Source: an uncultured Fibrobacterota bacterium | GTDB taxonomy: Bacteria > Fibrobacterota > Chitinivibrionia > Chitinivibrionales > FEN-1185 | Assembly: GCA_963729895.1 (NCBI GenBank) | Contig: CAVSQB010000017.1 | Location: 1 to 49,219 of the forward strand | Direction: 5' to 3' | Length of the DNA: 49,219 bases | Part shown: positions 39,049 through 48,209 of the stretch, in pieces | Numbering within the stretch: the stretch's first letter is position 1 | Layout of the letters: each line of letters opens with the position of its first letter | Made by a program: the position numbers and the translations under genes | Notes under the pieces: generated by a model | What the model saw: only the letters and a program-made list of their open reading frames with translations | The model's database searches: none | Told to the model about the DNA's origin: nothing

Positions 39049-39616
39049 TTGTTAACCGGGTGTTTCAAGTGTGCGCGCAACAATATCTAAATGCGAATTG
39101 AATGCATCTGGATGGCTGAGCCGGGTGACCCCCAAGCAGGTTCAGTTGCGAGAATCATAGGAAGCCCTCACCCCGCCCTCTCCCTAAGGCGAGGGAGAAA
39201 ATTCGGAGTGAAGATTTTATTCGGCACCCGCCAGGTGCCGCTGTACAGGTGAGGGTTAGATTTGCTTTGGATGGATTGTCTCTCGGGGGAAGTTGACAAT
39301 TGGTGAATTGTTCTTCTGCCAAGCGTTAGGGGCGACCGGATGCCGCGCAAAAGCGCGGTGCCGCCCGGACACGCCGCTGATTGTCGAGTGCCGCTCCCCT
39401 CGATACATCCCTGCGGGACACTCGGGGAGCGGCGTATCGAGACACAGCGGCTTAGGGCCGTGGCGGCCCGAGGCCGAAGGCCGAGACAGGAGGGAGAACC
39501 GACCCGAGCCTGGGCGCCTGCGACGGCGAGGGGAACGCCCAAATTCTCATCTTCCTGCAATTGGGGCGGGGCGCCCAATTTATTATTTTGATATTCGCCG
39601 CACCGGCTCAGCAAAC
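39049..39616 (+). mobile_element. non-autonomous TIR-bounded element (MITE/REPIN-like), copy 1
   Basis: Ends GGATGGCTGAGCCGGGTG (~39110) and CACCGGCTCAGCAAAC (39601-39616). 39184-39616 is identical by eye to the reverse complement of 46465-46897. Confidence 0.7.
39323..39540 (+). repeat. structured multi-hairpin element, copy B, with nested REP-like insert
   Basis: GCGTTAGG...CCGACCCGAGC...GCGAGGGGAACGCCC; insert at 39373-39451. Confidence 0.7.
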
Positions 39617-39773
39617 AAGATAAACATATTGATTTTGATTTCCCGCCCGGCACACCGGAATATCCGTATCCCGCAATACAAAATCCACATCATCTCGACA
39701 ACCTCTCCGGACGAAAAAAAACAGGCGGCCGCTTCCGCGCCCGCCCGCCCTATTCTTCACAAAACAATTATTC

Positions 39774-40619
39774 TCAGATAAAGCTTCGCAGCTTCTTGCT
39801 CCGGTAGGAATTCCGCAGCCGCCGCAGGCCCTTCTGCTTGATCTGCCTCACCCGCTCGCGGGTCAGGTGTACCCGCTTGCCGATTTCCTCGAGCGTGTGG
39901 GCGGTGTCCTGGCCGATGCCGAAATAGAGCTTGATCACTTCTTTTTCGGCTGCCGACAGCGTATCGAGCAGCTTCTCGATTTCTCCGGAGAGAGACACCT
40001 TTATCGCGCCGGAATCGGGGAGTTCCTGGTCGTGGTTGTGCAGCGAATCGATGAGACGGAAGTCCTCGTCGTTCTGCAGCGGCTTGTCAAGAGAGACATG
40101 CCGGTTGCCGATGCGCAGGATGTCGTTGACCTCCCGTTCCTCAACGCCCATCTCACGCGCGATTTCCTCGGCCGTGGGAACCCGTTCCAGTTCCTGCTCC
40201 AGCTTGTTCTGGGCCTTGCCGATGTCGGAGATGGTCCCCACCCTGTGGAGCGGCACGTTGATGATACGCGACTGCTCGGCAAGCGATTTGAGGATGGCCT
40301 GCCGGATCCACCATACGGCATAGGAAATAAATTTGAAGTTCTTCTTTTCGTCGAACTTTCTGGCGGCCTTGATAAGCCCGAGATTTCCCTCGTTGATGAG
40401 GTCGTTGAGCGGCAACCCCTGGTTCTGGTAATTACGGGCGACGCTCACCACGAACCTCAGGTTGGCCTTTACCAGTTTTTCCAGGGCCTTCTTCTCGCCT
40501 TTGCGGATTCGCACAGCCATCTCCGCTTCTTCCTGGGCCGAAAGCGTGCGGTTGTTCTTTATTTCCTCGAGATAAAGGTCGAGTGAATCTTTTTCCGAAA
40601 GCAATGTAGCCGTTCTCAT
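39774..40619 (-). CDS. RNA polymerase sigma70 factor, RpoD/SigA-like, lacking region 1.1
   Basis: LDLYLEEI, ANLRFVVSVA, DLINEGNLGLIKAA, KFISYAVWWIRQ, TLEEIG...LTRERVRQI; 281 aa. Confidence 0.93.
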   Translation of the reverse strand: MRTATLLSEKDSLDLYLEEIKNNRTLSAQEEAEMAVRIRKGEKKALEKLVKANLRFVVSVARNYQNQGLPLNDLINEGNLGLIKAARKFDEKKNFKFISYAVWWIRQAILKSLAEQSRIINVPLHRVGTISDIGKAQNKLEQELERVPTAEEIAREMGVEEREVNDILRIGNRHVSLDKPLQNDEDFRLIDSLHNHDQELPDSGAIKVSLSGEIEKLLDTLSAAEKEVIKLYFGIGQDTAHTLEEIGKRVHLTRERVRQIKQKGLRRLRNSYRSKKLRSFI

Positions 40620-40873
40620 TTTTCCCCATCTTTCGACCGAATATGCACGTTCTCGTCGTTTAAGATACCGTTAAGGGACAGATTTGACTGCATCGGTCCT
40701 TTAAATCTTACAATAAAAACGCACTAAATCCAACTCTTTGCATTTAACGCTACTACGATCCGGTACATGACTTTATTGCCCTAAACCGCCCTTTTCGCTT
40801 TATTTGCTTTCCACCATGGGCAGGCCGCACCGCCTCGAACGATGCTTTTGGGATCCCCTCCCAAAATACGGCC

Positions 40874-41704
40874 TCATACGGCGATCTCGCCCGAATACAC
40901 CCATCGCGCCGGGCCGGACATGTACACCGGGCTTTGCCTGCCCCCGTCCCACTCGATAAACAGATCGCCGCCAGGCAGATGCGCGGTCACCGCGGTCCCG
41001 TTCCGCCGGTTGAGCACACCCGACACCACGCTCGCGCACGCTCCGGTGCCGCACGCCATTGTTTCCCCGCACCCACGCTCGTACACGCGGATGCGGATCT
41101 CACGATCGGACAGTACTTTGACAAATTCTATGTTCGCCTTCTTCGGGAAAAACGGGTGCGATTCGAGCTTCTTTCCAAAGCCCAACACGAGCTCGTCGGT
41201 GAGTTCGTCGGCATACACCACCGCATGAGGATTGCCCATCGACACTGCGGTCACGATGAACTCCCTGTCGTCGACAACCAGCCGTTCGCCTATGGCCTCG
41301 CCTGCAGTTTTGGCAACGGGAATCCTGCTTGCGTCCAGAATGGGCGGGCCCATGTCCACCCGCATCCCCTGGCCGTCAAACGAGATGCGGATAATCCCGC
41401 GGAGCGTTTCCACGGTGAGGTGCCGTTTGTCCCACCGGCCTGTCTTCCTGAGGTATAGTGCGAAACAGCGTATGCCGTTGCCGCACATTTCGGCCTCGCT
41501 TCCGTCGGCGTTGAATATGCGCATGCCGAAATCCGCTGAAGTAGACGGCACGGCGCAGAGAATACCGTCGCCGCCAATCCCGCGTCTCCTGTCGCACAAC
41601 TGCAACGACCGCTCTTGAAGGGTTTTGAGCAATCCGGGGTCCGCGAGCGTGTCGCCGGTCACAACGAAATCGTTTGCCAGGCCTTCGAGTTTTACGAAAT
41701 TCAT
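40874..41704 (-). CDS. dapF: diaminopimelate epimerase
   Basis: FVKLEGLANDF, GIGGDG, NADGSEAEMCGNGIRC, SMGNPH, ERGCGETMACGTG. Confidence 0.97.
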   Translation of the reverse strand: MNFVKLEGLANDFVVTGDTLADPGLLKTLQERSLQLCDRRRGIGGDGILCAVPSTSADFGMRIFNADGSEAEMCGNGIRCFALYLRKTGRWDKRHLTVETLRGIIRISFDGQGMRVDMGPPILDASRIPVAKTAGEAIGERLVVDDREFIVTAVSMGNPHAVVYADELTDELVLGFGKKLESHPFFPKKANIEFVKVLSDREIRIRVYERGCGETMACGTGACASVVSGVLNRRNGTAVTAHLPGGDLFIEWDGGRQSPVYMSGPARWVYSGEIAV

Positions 41705-41943
41705 CGACGTCTCCCGTACCCTTCTGTAAGCGCGGTCTCCGGGTTCTGAAATTGTCGGGTACTGTAAACTACGTTTTTGGTACATGCCGGGGCAACAGCC
41801 GGGAACTCTTTTGAGGAATATCTTGCTTTGAGGTATATTCCGTTGTATCTTTCTACACGTTGTCCGGCCGGCGCCGCGCGCATTGCGCTGCAGCCGGGGT
41901 ATTGACAAAACATAAGCAGTCCCGCAGGCAAAGGAACCGCAGC

Positions 41944-42279
41944 ATGCCCTCGGATGTTAAGGACATTACCATAAACTACGAAGAAAACGGAGTCCTTCTT
42001 GTCAAGGAGATCGAAAAGGAAATCCTTTCCAAGGGATCGTGGGCGACCATCATGTTCAAGTATCAGCAGTGGGAAGCCGCACACCAAAGCTATGGCCCGG
42101 TCCTCTTCACCATCCGCAGATACCGCAAACGGAACGACGACTATCGCCAGCAATCCAAGTTCAACATCTCCAGCGCGGAACAGGCGAAGAAGATCATCCA
42201 TACCCTTCAGCAGTGGATCAGTCAGGGCCAGCCGGACGTTCCCGAACCTGTCCCTGCCCCCGAGGGCTCTCAACAGTAG
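41944..42279 (+). CDS. hypothetical protein
   Basis: RBS AAGGA. ITINYEENG..VKE..K.ILSKGSWATI.F.YQ.W...FTIRRY.K....YRQQSKFNISS. Confidence 0.85.
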   Translation: MPSDVKDITINYEENGVLLVKEIEKEILSKGSWATIMFKYQQWEAAHQSYGPVLFTIRRYRKRNDDYRQQSKFNISSAEQAKKIIHTLQQWISQGQPDVPEPVPAPEGSQQ

Positions 42280-42354
42280 GACAAACCGTATTCACAACTC
42301 TTCAGGGGCCGAGAATCCCTGTAGCACCTTGTCAACTTTCAGCAGGAGGAACTT

Positions 42355-42663
42355 TTGGTAGAAAAAATCTTTGTGAGCAACCTTCCGCACGATGCCACAG
42401 AAGAACAGCTCAAGGAACATTTTCAGCAGCTCGGAAGCGTCCGCTCCGCAAAAATCATCACGCACGGCAAACGGCACCGCTCGCGCTGTTTCGGATTCGT
42501 TGAAATGGAAAACGCGGAAAATGCGATCACGGAGCTTAACGGCAAGGAACTCGGGGGCCGGCCGCTTCGGGTAAACAAGGCGTGGGACCGCGAGTTTCTC
42601 CCGCACCAGCGGTCGCACCGCGAAGGCAGGGGCGGCTCGGGCAGGCGAGAGCGCCGGTACTAG
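42355..42663 (+). CDS. RRM-domain RNA-binding protein
   Basis: RBS AGGAGG and TTG start. RNP2 IFVSNL, RNP1 RCFGFVEM, LNGKELGGRPLRVN, Arg/Gly tail. Confidence 0.92.
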   Translation: MVEKIFVSNLPHDATEEQLKEHFQQLGSVRSAKIITHGKRHRSRCFGFVEMENAENAITELNGKELGGRPLRVNKAWDREFLPHQRSHREGRGGSGRRERRY

Positions 42664-42701
42664 GCAGTCCGCCATCACCCCCGGTGGTGCGCCGCCGGGG
42701 G

Positions 42702-43202
42702 TCACCAGCTCTGAACGGATTTCTGCAGGATCTGGTCCACGACGTCGGCTTCGGCAAGTTTTCTGCCGTCCGCTTCGGTTTGCGTCTGGAAATTGTACAC
42801 GCCCTCACCGCTTACCGTTCCTTTGTACAGAGGCGAATTCGCCTTGTTGTCCTCGAATTCCACCTCGACGGTTATCTTCACAACATACTGGCTCACGGTG
42901 ACTTGACGCGCGCCCGTGGTGTTATAGTTCCGCGGTTCGTTGCTGTAATCAGTCACTTTGCCGCGTATGGTCGCGTCCCCGCCGCTTTGTGCGATGCGCA
43001 GCAGGTTCATGGATACGATCTTGGTTGAGAGCTGGCTGGTGATGTCGTCGGCGACGCCGGGAATGAGCGACTGGTTGGCAAACAGCGGAATGTCAACCGT
43101 TTTCAGGTGAGCGGGCAGCGTGGACCCGTTAAACGTGTAGACGCCGCAGCCGCACAGCACGGCCGCTGCCAGCACGGGAAAAAGTATGAAAAGCGCTTTC
43201 AT
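42702..43202 (-). CDS. lptE: LptE-family LPS assembly lipoprotein
   Basis: Lipobox LCGC. YTF...LP.HLKTV.IP.F.N, DA.I.G.V..Y, I.V.VEF.D, C-terminal W. Confidence 0.8.
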   Translation of the reverse strand: MKALFILFPVLAAAVLCGCGVYTFNGSTLPAHLKTVDIPLFANQSLIPGVADDITSQLSTKIVSMNLLRIAQSGGDATIRGKVTDYSNEPRNYNTTGARQVTVSQYVVKITVEVEFEDNKANSPLYKGTVSGEGVYNFQTQTEADGRKLAEADVVDQILQKSVQSW

Positions 43203-43226
43203 CTTGGGATTTTTCCAGAATAATTC

Positions 43227-43388
43227 TCACCGCAAAGGCGCAAAGGTCGCAAAGAAGATGTCGTATTGGGTTTCTACCGCAGCCAACTGCTCACCCGAAA
43301 AATAGCGTATCCCATTCCCTTGTATGCAAGTAATTACTGAGCAGTTCCTTATCAATTTACCTTTGCGTACTTTGCGCCTTTGCGGTGA
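43227..43388. repeat. 28-bp inverted repeat built of CGCAAAG units, with a 106-bp spacer
   Basis: TCACCGCAAAGGCGCAAAGGTCGCAAAG (43227-43254) versus 43361-43388, 26/28 match. Confidence 0.85.
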
Positions 43389-43401
43389 ATCTTTTTTTGT
43401 G

Positions 43402-46341
43402 TCACGCCTCATCGATCGGAACATACGTTATGGTTGACGCCGGGGCAATCTCGTTTCTGAAAAATGCCCCGACGTCGCGCACCATGTCGGCGATAGTTGC
43501 AAACTGCACGAACGGGCCGTCGAGGCTTGACGAGAATTGCCTGCCGTATCCCTTGGTGAATATCCGGTTGTCGAGAACGATGAGCGCACCCCGGTCTTCA
43601 AGCGTCCTGATGAGCCTGCCCGTTCCCTGACGAAACCGGATGACCGCCTCAGGCACCGAATACGACATGAACGATTCTCCCTGCTCCTCCTCCACTTTCC
43701 GGCACAACGCCCTGGTGAGAGGATGGGTGGGCACGGGAAACGGCAGCCGGGAAATGATCACGATCTCGCAAGACTTGCCCGGAACGTCTATCCCCTCCCA
43801 GAAACTGTCCGCGCCCAGGAGCACGGCCCGGCGCGTGTGGCGAAACTCGTCGAGAATGGCAGGCCGGTTGCCCGAAAACCCTTGCGCAAGGATGGTGCAG
43901 TCATCCTTTGACACTTGCGACCTGAGCCGCTCGTAGACCGCGGCAAGCATGGCGTTTGACGTGAACAGCGCCAGGATGTTCTTGTCGAACGCGGCGAGCA
44001 GCCCGAGGATCGTGTCGGCCACGTACGCAGGATAACCGGGCGATTCGATTTCGGGGGCGGCGCGCACGCCGCCGCGAATTGCCTGCGAAGAAGAAAACGG
44101 GCTTTCAAACACCTCGCAACGAACGTCGGAGGCGCTGCCAAGCCCGGCCTTGCGCTTGAAGTACTCCATGGAACCGCTCACCGACAATGTCGCGGAAGTG
44201 AATATCCTGCCGCCTTCGTTTTTTTCCCAGATGGACGCGAGGATGGCGCCCACGTCGAGCGGCACGCCGAGAAACTTTATCCATCCCTTGGCGAGGTTCC
44301 CCTCGGCCCAGAAAACATGGTCCTCGGTTGCGGCGGCGGTCAGGTATGCAAGGTCGGCCTTGAGCTGCGAGACCGCGTCTCCGCACGACAGGATCTCCCC
44401 GAGCAGCGTTTTCGCGGCGCCGGCGCCGCCCTCGGCTTCGCACAGCTGCGAGAACCGGTGCAGGCAGTCTTGCATGTCCAGAAGCGCGTTTTCCAGGGAC
44501 TGCGGGGCCGCGCTCTGGGAAAACGTCTCCGGGCCGACGTCGAACTGGAACTCGGGCGACGGCGGTTCCTTTGAGCGCGCCCAGGCAAGGCCGTGATCGA
44601 GAAACGCCTTTATCTCGCCGCGTAGCCGCTTCACAAGAGGTTTGAATTCCTGTTCGGTGAAGGGAGCGTCCCGTTGCTCCCCGCGCTTCTTTATCTCCTT
44701 GGCGCAATTCGTCATCGCGTCGAGGAACGCGGCGCACCGGTTGCTGTCGACCTCGGTGCGCAGGTGGCGGTGGCCGCACGATTCGATGTGGTGCGCCTCG
44801 TCGAAAACGATGGGGCCGATGCTCCCGAGAAACGACGACTCCGCGCATATTTCCGAAAAGAAAAGAGAATGGTTGATAACCACCACATGCGATCCCAGCG
44901 CCCGCTGCCTCGCCTGCTGGAGAAAGCAACAGGCGTATTCCCCGCAGCGGCGGCCTTCGCAGAAGTGCGCTTCCGAGGAAATCGAATGCCAGATGCGGGA
45001 ATACCACCTGGCGTTGAACTCGTTCTGTTCCTCTATGTCCCCGGTTTCGGTCTCCTGCGCCCACCTGATGAGCGGCAGCATTCCCATACGCTCCCGGTAG
45101 GAGAAATCGCCGAGCTCGCCCGTCAGGAGCCTTCGGAACCGCTTCTGGCACAGGTAATTGGCCCTGCCCTTGAGCACCGAAAAACGCAGCTCATCGCCGG
45201 CGACCTTCTTGACAACAGGAAGATCCTTGGAGACAAGCTGGTCCTGCAGGTTGCGCGTGTGCGTGGACACGAGCACGCGGCAATTGTTCTTCACCGCGTA
45301 CAGCGCGGCAGGGACAAGGTATGCCAGCGATTTGCCGGTGCCGGTGCCGGCCTCGGCCACGAGGCAGGTTTTGGCGTTGAGCGCCTCGGCCACCGCAACA
45401 GCCATTCGAGTTTGTGAAGGCCGCGGGACAAAGCCCTTCATCGCCTGCGGCAAAAGCCCCCCCGGCTCGAACGCCTGCGACACCGCGAGGGTGTCCACCG
45501 GAACCAACGGGTCCTCAGGGGTCAGCTTCTTGGGCGGCCTGGGCAAGACCGGCGGCGACAAATCGAGCGAGTACGATTCCTTTTCGAGCGATTTCACCAG
45601 GAAGTGCTTGACAACCGAAGGCGGCGCCGCGTGCGCCATCACCGCGCGGGCGGCAACGGGTATCTGGGCCAGCTTGGGAAGCAGCGCCAGGGCGGCGTGA
45701 CCGGATGCGCGCGCGTCGTCGAGCGCCCGGTGCGCGTTCTCGAGCGGTACGCCCAGCGCCTTGGCAACCGCCCCGAGCGTGTACCGGGTCACCGGCAAAT
45801 TCACGATCCGGGATATGAGCGCGGTGTCTATCTGCTGCACAAACACTTTTGGGAGCGCGATCCGCTTGAACTCTTCGTTGAGAAAATTGATGTCGAAATC
45901 GATCTGGTGGCCGCATATCGGCATGTCGCCGATGAACTCGACAAGACGCGGAGCAACGGCGCCGAACGAAGGCGCGGGAGCGACGTTCTCGTTTGTAATT
46001 CCCGTGAGCCGCGTGATGTGCGCGGGTATCTGCATTGCAGGGTTGACAAACGTGCTGTATTCCTCGCCTGCCGCCCCGTTTGCAAATCGCACCGCCCCGA
46101 TCTCGATTATCCTGTCTGTTTTGGAGTCGAGCCCGGTCGTCTCCAGGTCGAGTGCAACAAAATCAAGTTTTTCGTACAAGTCGTGTTTCTTGAATGGCCG
46201 GCCCCCGGTCCGGAAATTTTCACCGGCGGAGCGCCCGGCCTTCTCCGCGTTCTTTTTGTCCCCTTTCTCCGCAATTTTCCGCAGCGAGGAAATGGTCTTG
46301 TCGCTGGTGTTTTCGGAAAGGAGGTCGAAGAGCCGGGGCAT
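43402..46341 (-). CDS. dinG: DnaQ-like 3'-5' exonuclease / DinG-family helicase fusion
   Basis: DEDDh motifs ALDLETTG, FDINFL, HRALDDA. Helicase motifs EAGTGTGKS, Fe-S cysteines, DEAHH, SATL, SFWEGID, QGTGRLIR. Confidence 0.95.
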   Translation of the reverse strand: MPRLFDLLSENTSDKTISSLRKIAEKGDKKNAEKAGRSAGENFRTGGRPFKKHDLYEKLDFVALDLETTGLDSKTDRIIEIGAVRFANGAAGEEYSTFVNPAMQIPAHITRLTGITNENVAPAPSFGAVAPRLVEFIGDMPICGHQIDFDINFLNEEFKRIALPKVFVQQIDTALISRIVNLPVTRYTLGAVAKALGVPLENAHRALDDARASGHAALALLPKLAQIPVAARAVMAHAAPPSVVKHFLVKSLEKESYSLDLSPPVLPRPPKKLTPEDPLVPVDTLAVSQAFEPGGLLPQAMKGFVPRPSQTRMAVAVAEALNAKTCLVAEAGTGTGKSLAYLVPAALYAVKNNCRVLVSTHTRNLQDQLVSKDLPVVKKVAGDELRFSVLKGRANYLCQKRFRRLLTGELGDFSYRERMGMLPLIRWAQETETGDIEEQNEFNARWYSRIWHSISSEAHFCEGRRCGEYACCFLQQARQRALGSHVVVINHSLFFSEICAESSFLGSIGPIVFDEAHHIESCGHRHLRTEVDSNRCAAFLDAMTNCAKEIKKRGEQRDAPFTEQEFKPLVKRLRGEIKAFLDHGLAWARSKEPPSPEFQFDVGPETFSQSAAPQSLENALLDMQDCLHRFSQLCEAEGGAGAAKTLLGEILSCGDAVSQLKADLAYLTAAATEDHVFWAEGNLAKGWIKFLGVPLDVGAILASIWEKNEGGRIFTSATLSVSGSMEYFKRKAGLGSASDVRCEVFESPFSSSQAIRGGVRAAPEIESPGYPAYVADTILGLLAAFDKNILALFTSNAMLAAVYERLRSQVSKDDCTILAQGFSGNRPAILDEFRHTRRAVLLGADSFWEGIDVPGKSCEIVIISRLPFPVPTHPLTRALCRKVEEEQGESFMSYSVPEAVIRFRQGTGRLIRTLEDRGALIVLDNRIFTKGYGRQFSSSLDGPFVQFATIADMVRDVGAFFRNEIAPASTITYVPIDEA

Positions 46342-46897
46342 GGGAACTCGATTCGAAAAAAGGGGTTAATGCGCAATTGGCCGACTAAAAATACCACGTG
46401 GGTGCGGAAGGGAGTTAAGGGGACCTCTAATTATTCGTTTTTTAAGTGAGGCTGAACGATTCCGGTTTGCTGAGCCGGTGCGGCGAATATCAAAATAATA
46501 AATTGGGCGCCCCGCCCCAATTGCAGGAAGATGAGAATTTGGGCGTTCCCCTCGCCGTCGCAGGCGCCCAGGCTCGGGTCGGTTCTCCCTCCTGTCTCGG
46601 CCTTCGGCCTCGGGCCGCCACGGCCCTAAGCCGCTGTGTCTCGATACGCCGCTCCCCGAGTGTCCCGCAGGGATGTATCGAGGGGAGCGGCACTCGACAA
46701 TCAGCGGCGTGTCCGGGCGGCACCGCGCTTTTGCGCGGCATCCGGTCGCCCCTAACGCTTGGCAGAAGAACAATTCACCAATTGTCAACTTCCCCCGAGA
46801 GACAATCCATCCAAAGCAAATCTAACCCTCACCTGTACAGCGGCACCTGGCGGGTGCCGAATAAAATCTTCACTCCGAATTTTCTCCCTCGCCTTAG

Positions 46898-48209
46898 CAG
46901 GTTGTTGAAATAGTCCTAACAGAAGCGCTCTTGTTGATTTTTTATGAACCTAACTTCAACTTTACATATGTCAGAGAGGTTTTACCTGCCTCGTTCCGAG
47001 GCATTTCCCCGGATTCCCAGGCCATTCTCATGCTGCCCCCACCGTTTGCGGCATCAACTTAACCATGCGTATCAAGTTGTACGCTGCGGCAACCACGTAG
47101 GCAACAGTCTGGTTGATTCGTATTCCTCTTACCCGAGTTTTCCGCAGGCCACCGACGCTCTTGATCCACCCAAATATCTCTTCAACCCGTTTTCGTTTCC
47201 GTTGACTTACGCTGTATCCCTTATGCCGAGTCGTTCTTCCATCCAACCCTTTAAGCGAAGTGTTGGCCTTCTCGGCAATGTGAGGCTTCACGTGCAGGCG
47301 TCGCAGGCTCTTGATAAATTCGGTTGCATGATACCCTTTGTCTGCACCCACCGTCTTCATCCGGCGTTTTCCGCGCCTGCGTTCATGCTTTATCAGCTCA
47401 AGCGCCATATCCCGTTCCGCTGTCCCCGTCGCTGGCGCAATGGCGATATCAACACACAACCCATTTCGGTTTTCCATCAGCACGTGACCGGAATACGCCA
47501 GCTGCGCTCCCGTTCTCTTGTTCTTCCGAGCCAACAGCGCCTCTGGATCGGTCGAACTCTGATGTGTCTCATTGCTTCGCTTCTCATGGTGGAAATCAAC
47601 CGACGGATTACTCCGATCATCGTCAGTCTTGTTCGCCGATTCCGCGTCTTTTCGCTTGAAGCTCTTCATCGATGCCCAGGCTTCAATCAACGTGCCGTCA
47701 ACCGTGAAATGCTCATCGGACAACAACTCTTCGGAACGAGCAAGACGCACGATTTCCTGCATCAGCCGGTGCGCAATCTCCTGTTCCATAAGTCGATCTC
47801 GGTTCTTCGAAAACACACTATGATCAAACGATGCCGCATCCAGATCCATGTCAAGAAACCATCGGAACAGAATGTTATAGTCCAGCATCTCGCAAAACAA
47901 CCGGTCCGACCGTATCGAAAACAAAGCCATCAATATCTGTGCTTTCAAAAGCCATTCCGGCGGTATCGAAGGGCGTCCCATCCGGCTGTACATCGCCTCA
48001 AAGTCACGAGAAAGGCGGCGCAGCGCTATGTCCGTAAACTGTTTGACACGACGAAGCGGGTGCGTTGCCGGCACTCGGGAATCCGGAGAAACGAAGCTGA
48101 ACATACCGCCTTGGGCTGGCTGGGAACCTCTCATCAATACTCCTTGGTTGGGGTTCCCCTATAATATAAGGATAAATGTTTACAAAAGGGAGACTTTTTC
48201 AACACCCTG
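46898..48209 (-). mobile_element. IS5-family insertion sequence, copy 2
   Basis: Same TIRs and 1312-bp length as copy 1. TSD TTAG at 46894-46897 and 48210-48213. Confidence 0.95.
47028..48134 (-). CDS. IS5-family DDE transposase
   Basis: Protein identical to that of 731-1837. Confidence 0.95.
   Translation of the reverse strand: MRGSQPAQGGMFSFVSPDSRVPATHPLRRVKQFTDIALRRLSRDFEAMYSRMGRPSIPPEWLLKAQILMALFSIRSDRLFCEMLDYNILFRWFLDMDLDAASFDHSVFSKNRDRLMEQEIAHRLMQEIVRLARSEELLSDEHFTVDGTLIEAWASMKSFKRKDAESANKTDDDRSNPSVDFHHEKRSNETHQSSTDPEALLARKNKRTGAQLAYSGHVLMENRNGLCVDIAIAPATGTAERDMALELIKHERRRGKRRMKTVGADKGYHATEFIKSLRRLHVKPHIAEKANTSLKGLDGRTTRHKGYSVSQRKRKRVEEIFGWIKSVGGLRKTRVRGIRINQTVAYVVAAAYNLIRMVKLMPQTVGAA

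Noticed and set aside
38780..39770. RNase P, tmRNA, SRP, tRNA or group II intron identity for the structured region
   Set aside because: I found no GAGGAAAGTCC, tRNA-like ends, SRP loop or domain V signature by eye.
39168..39781. ORFs of 83-162 aa in the duplicated element (also 46366-46913)
   Set aside because: Arg/Pro/Gly-rich translations of palindromic DNA, with ends that differ between copies. Treated as non-coding.
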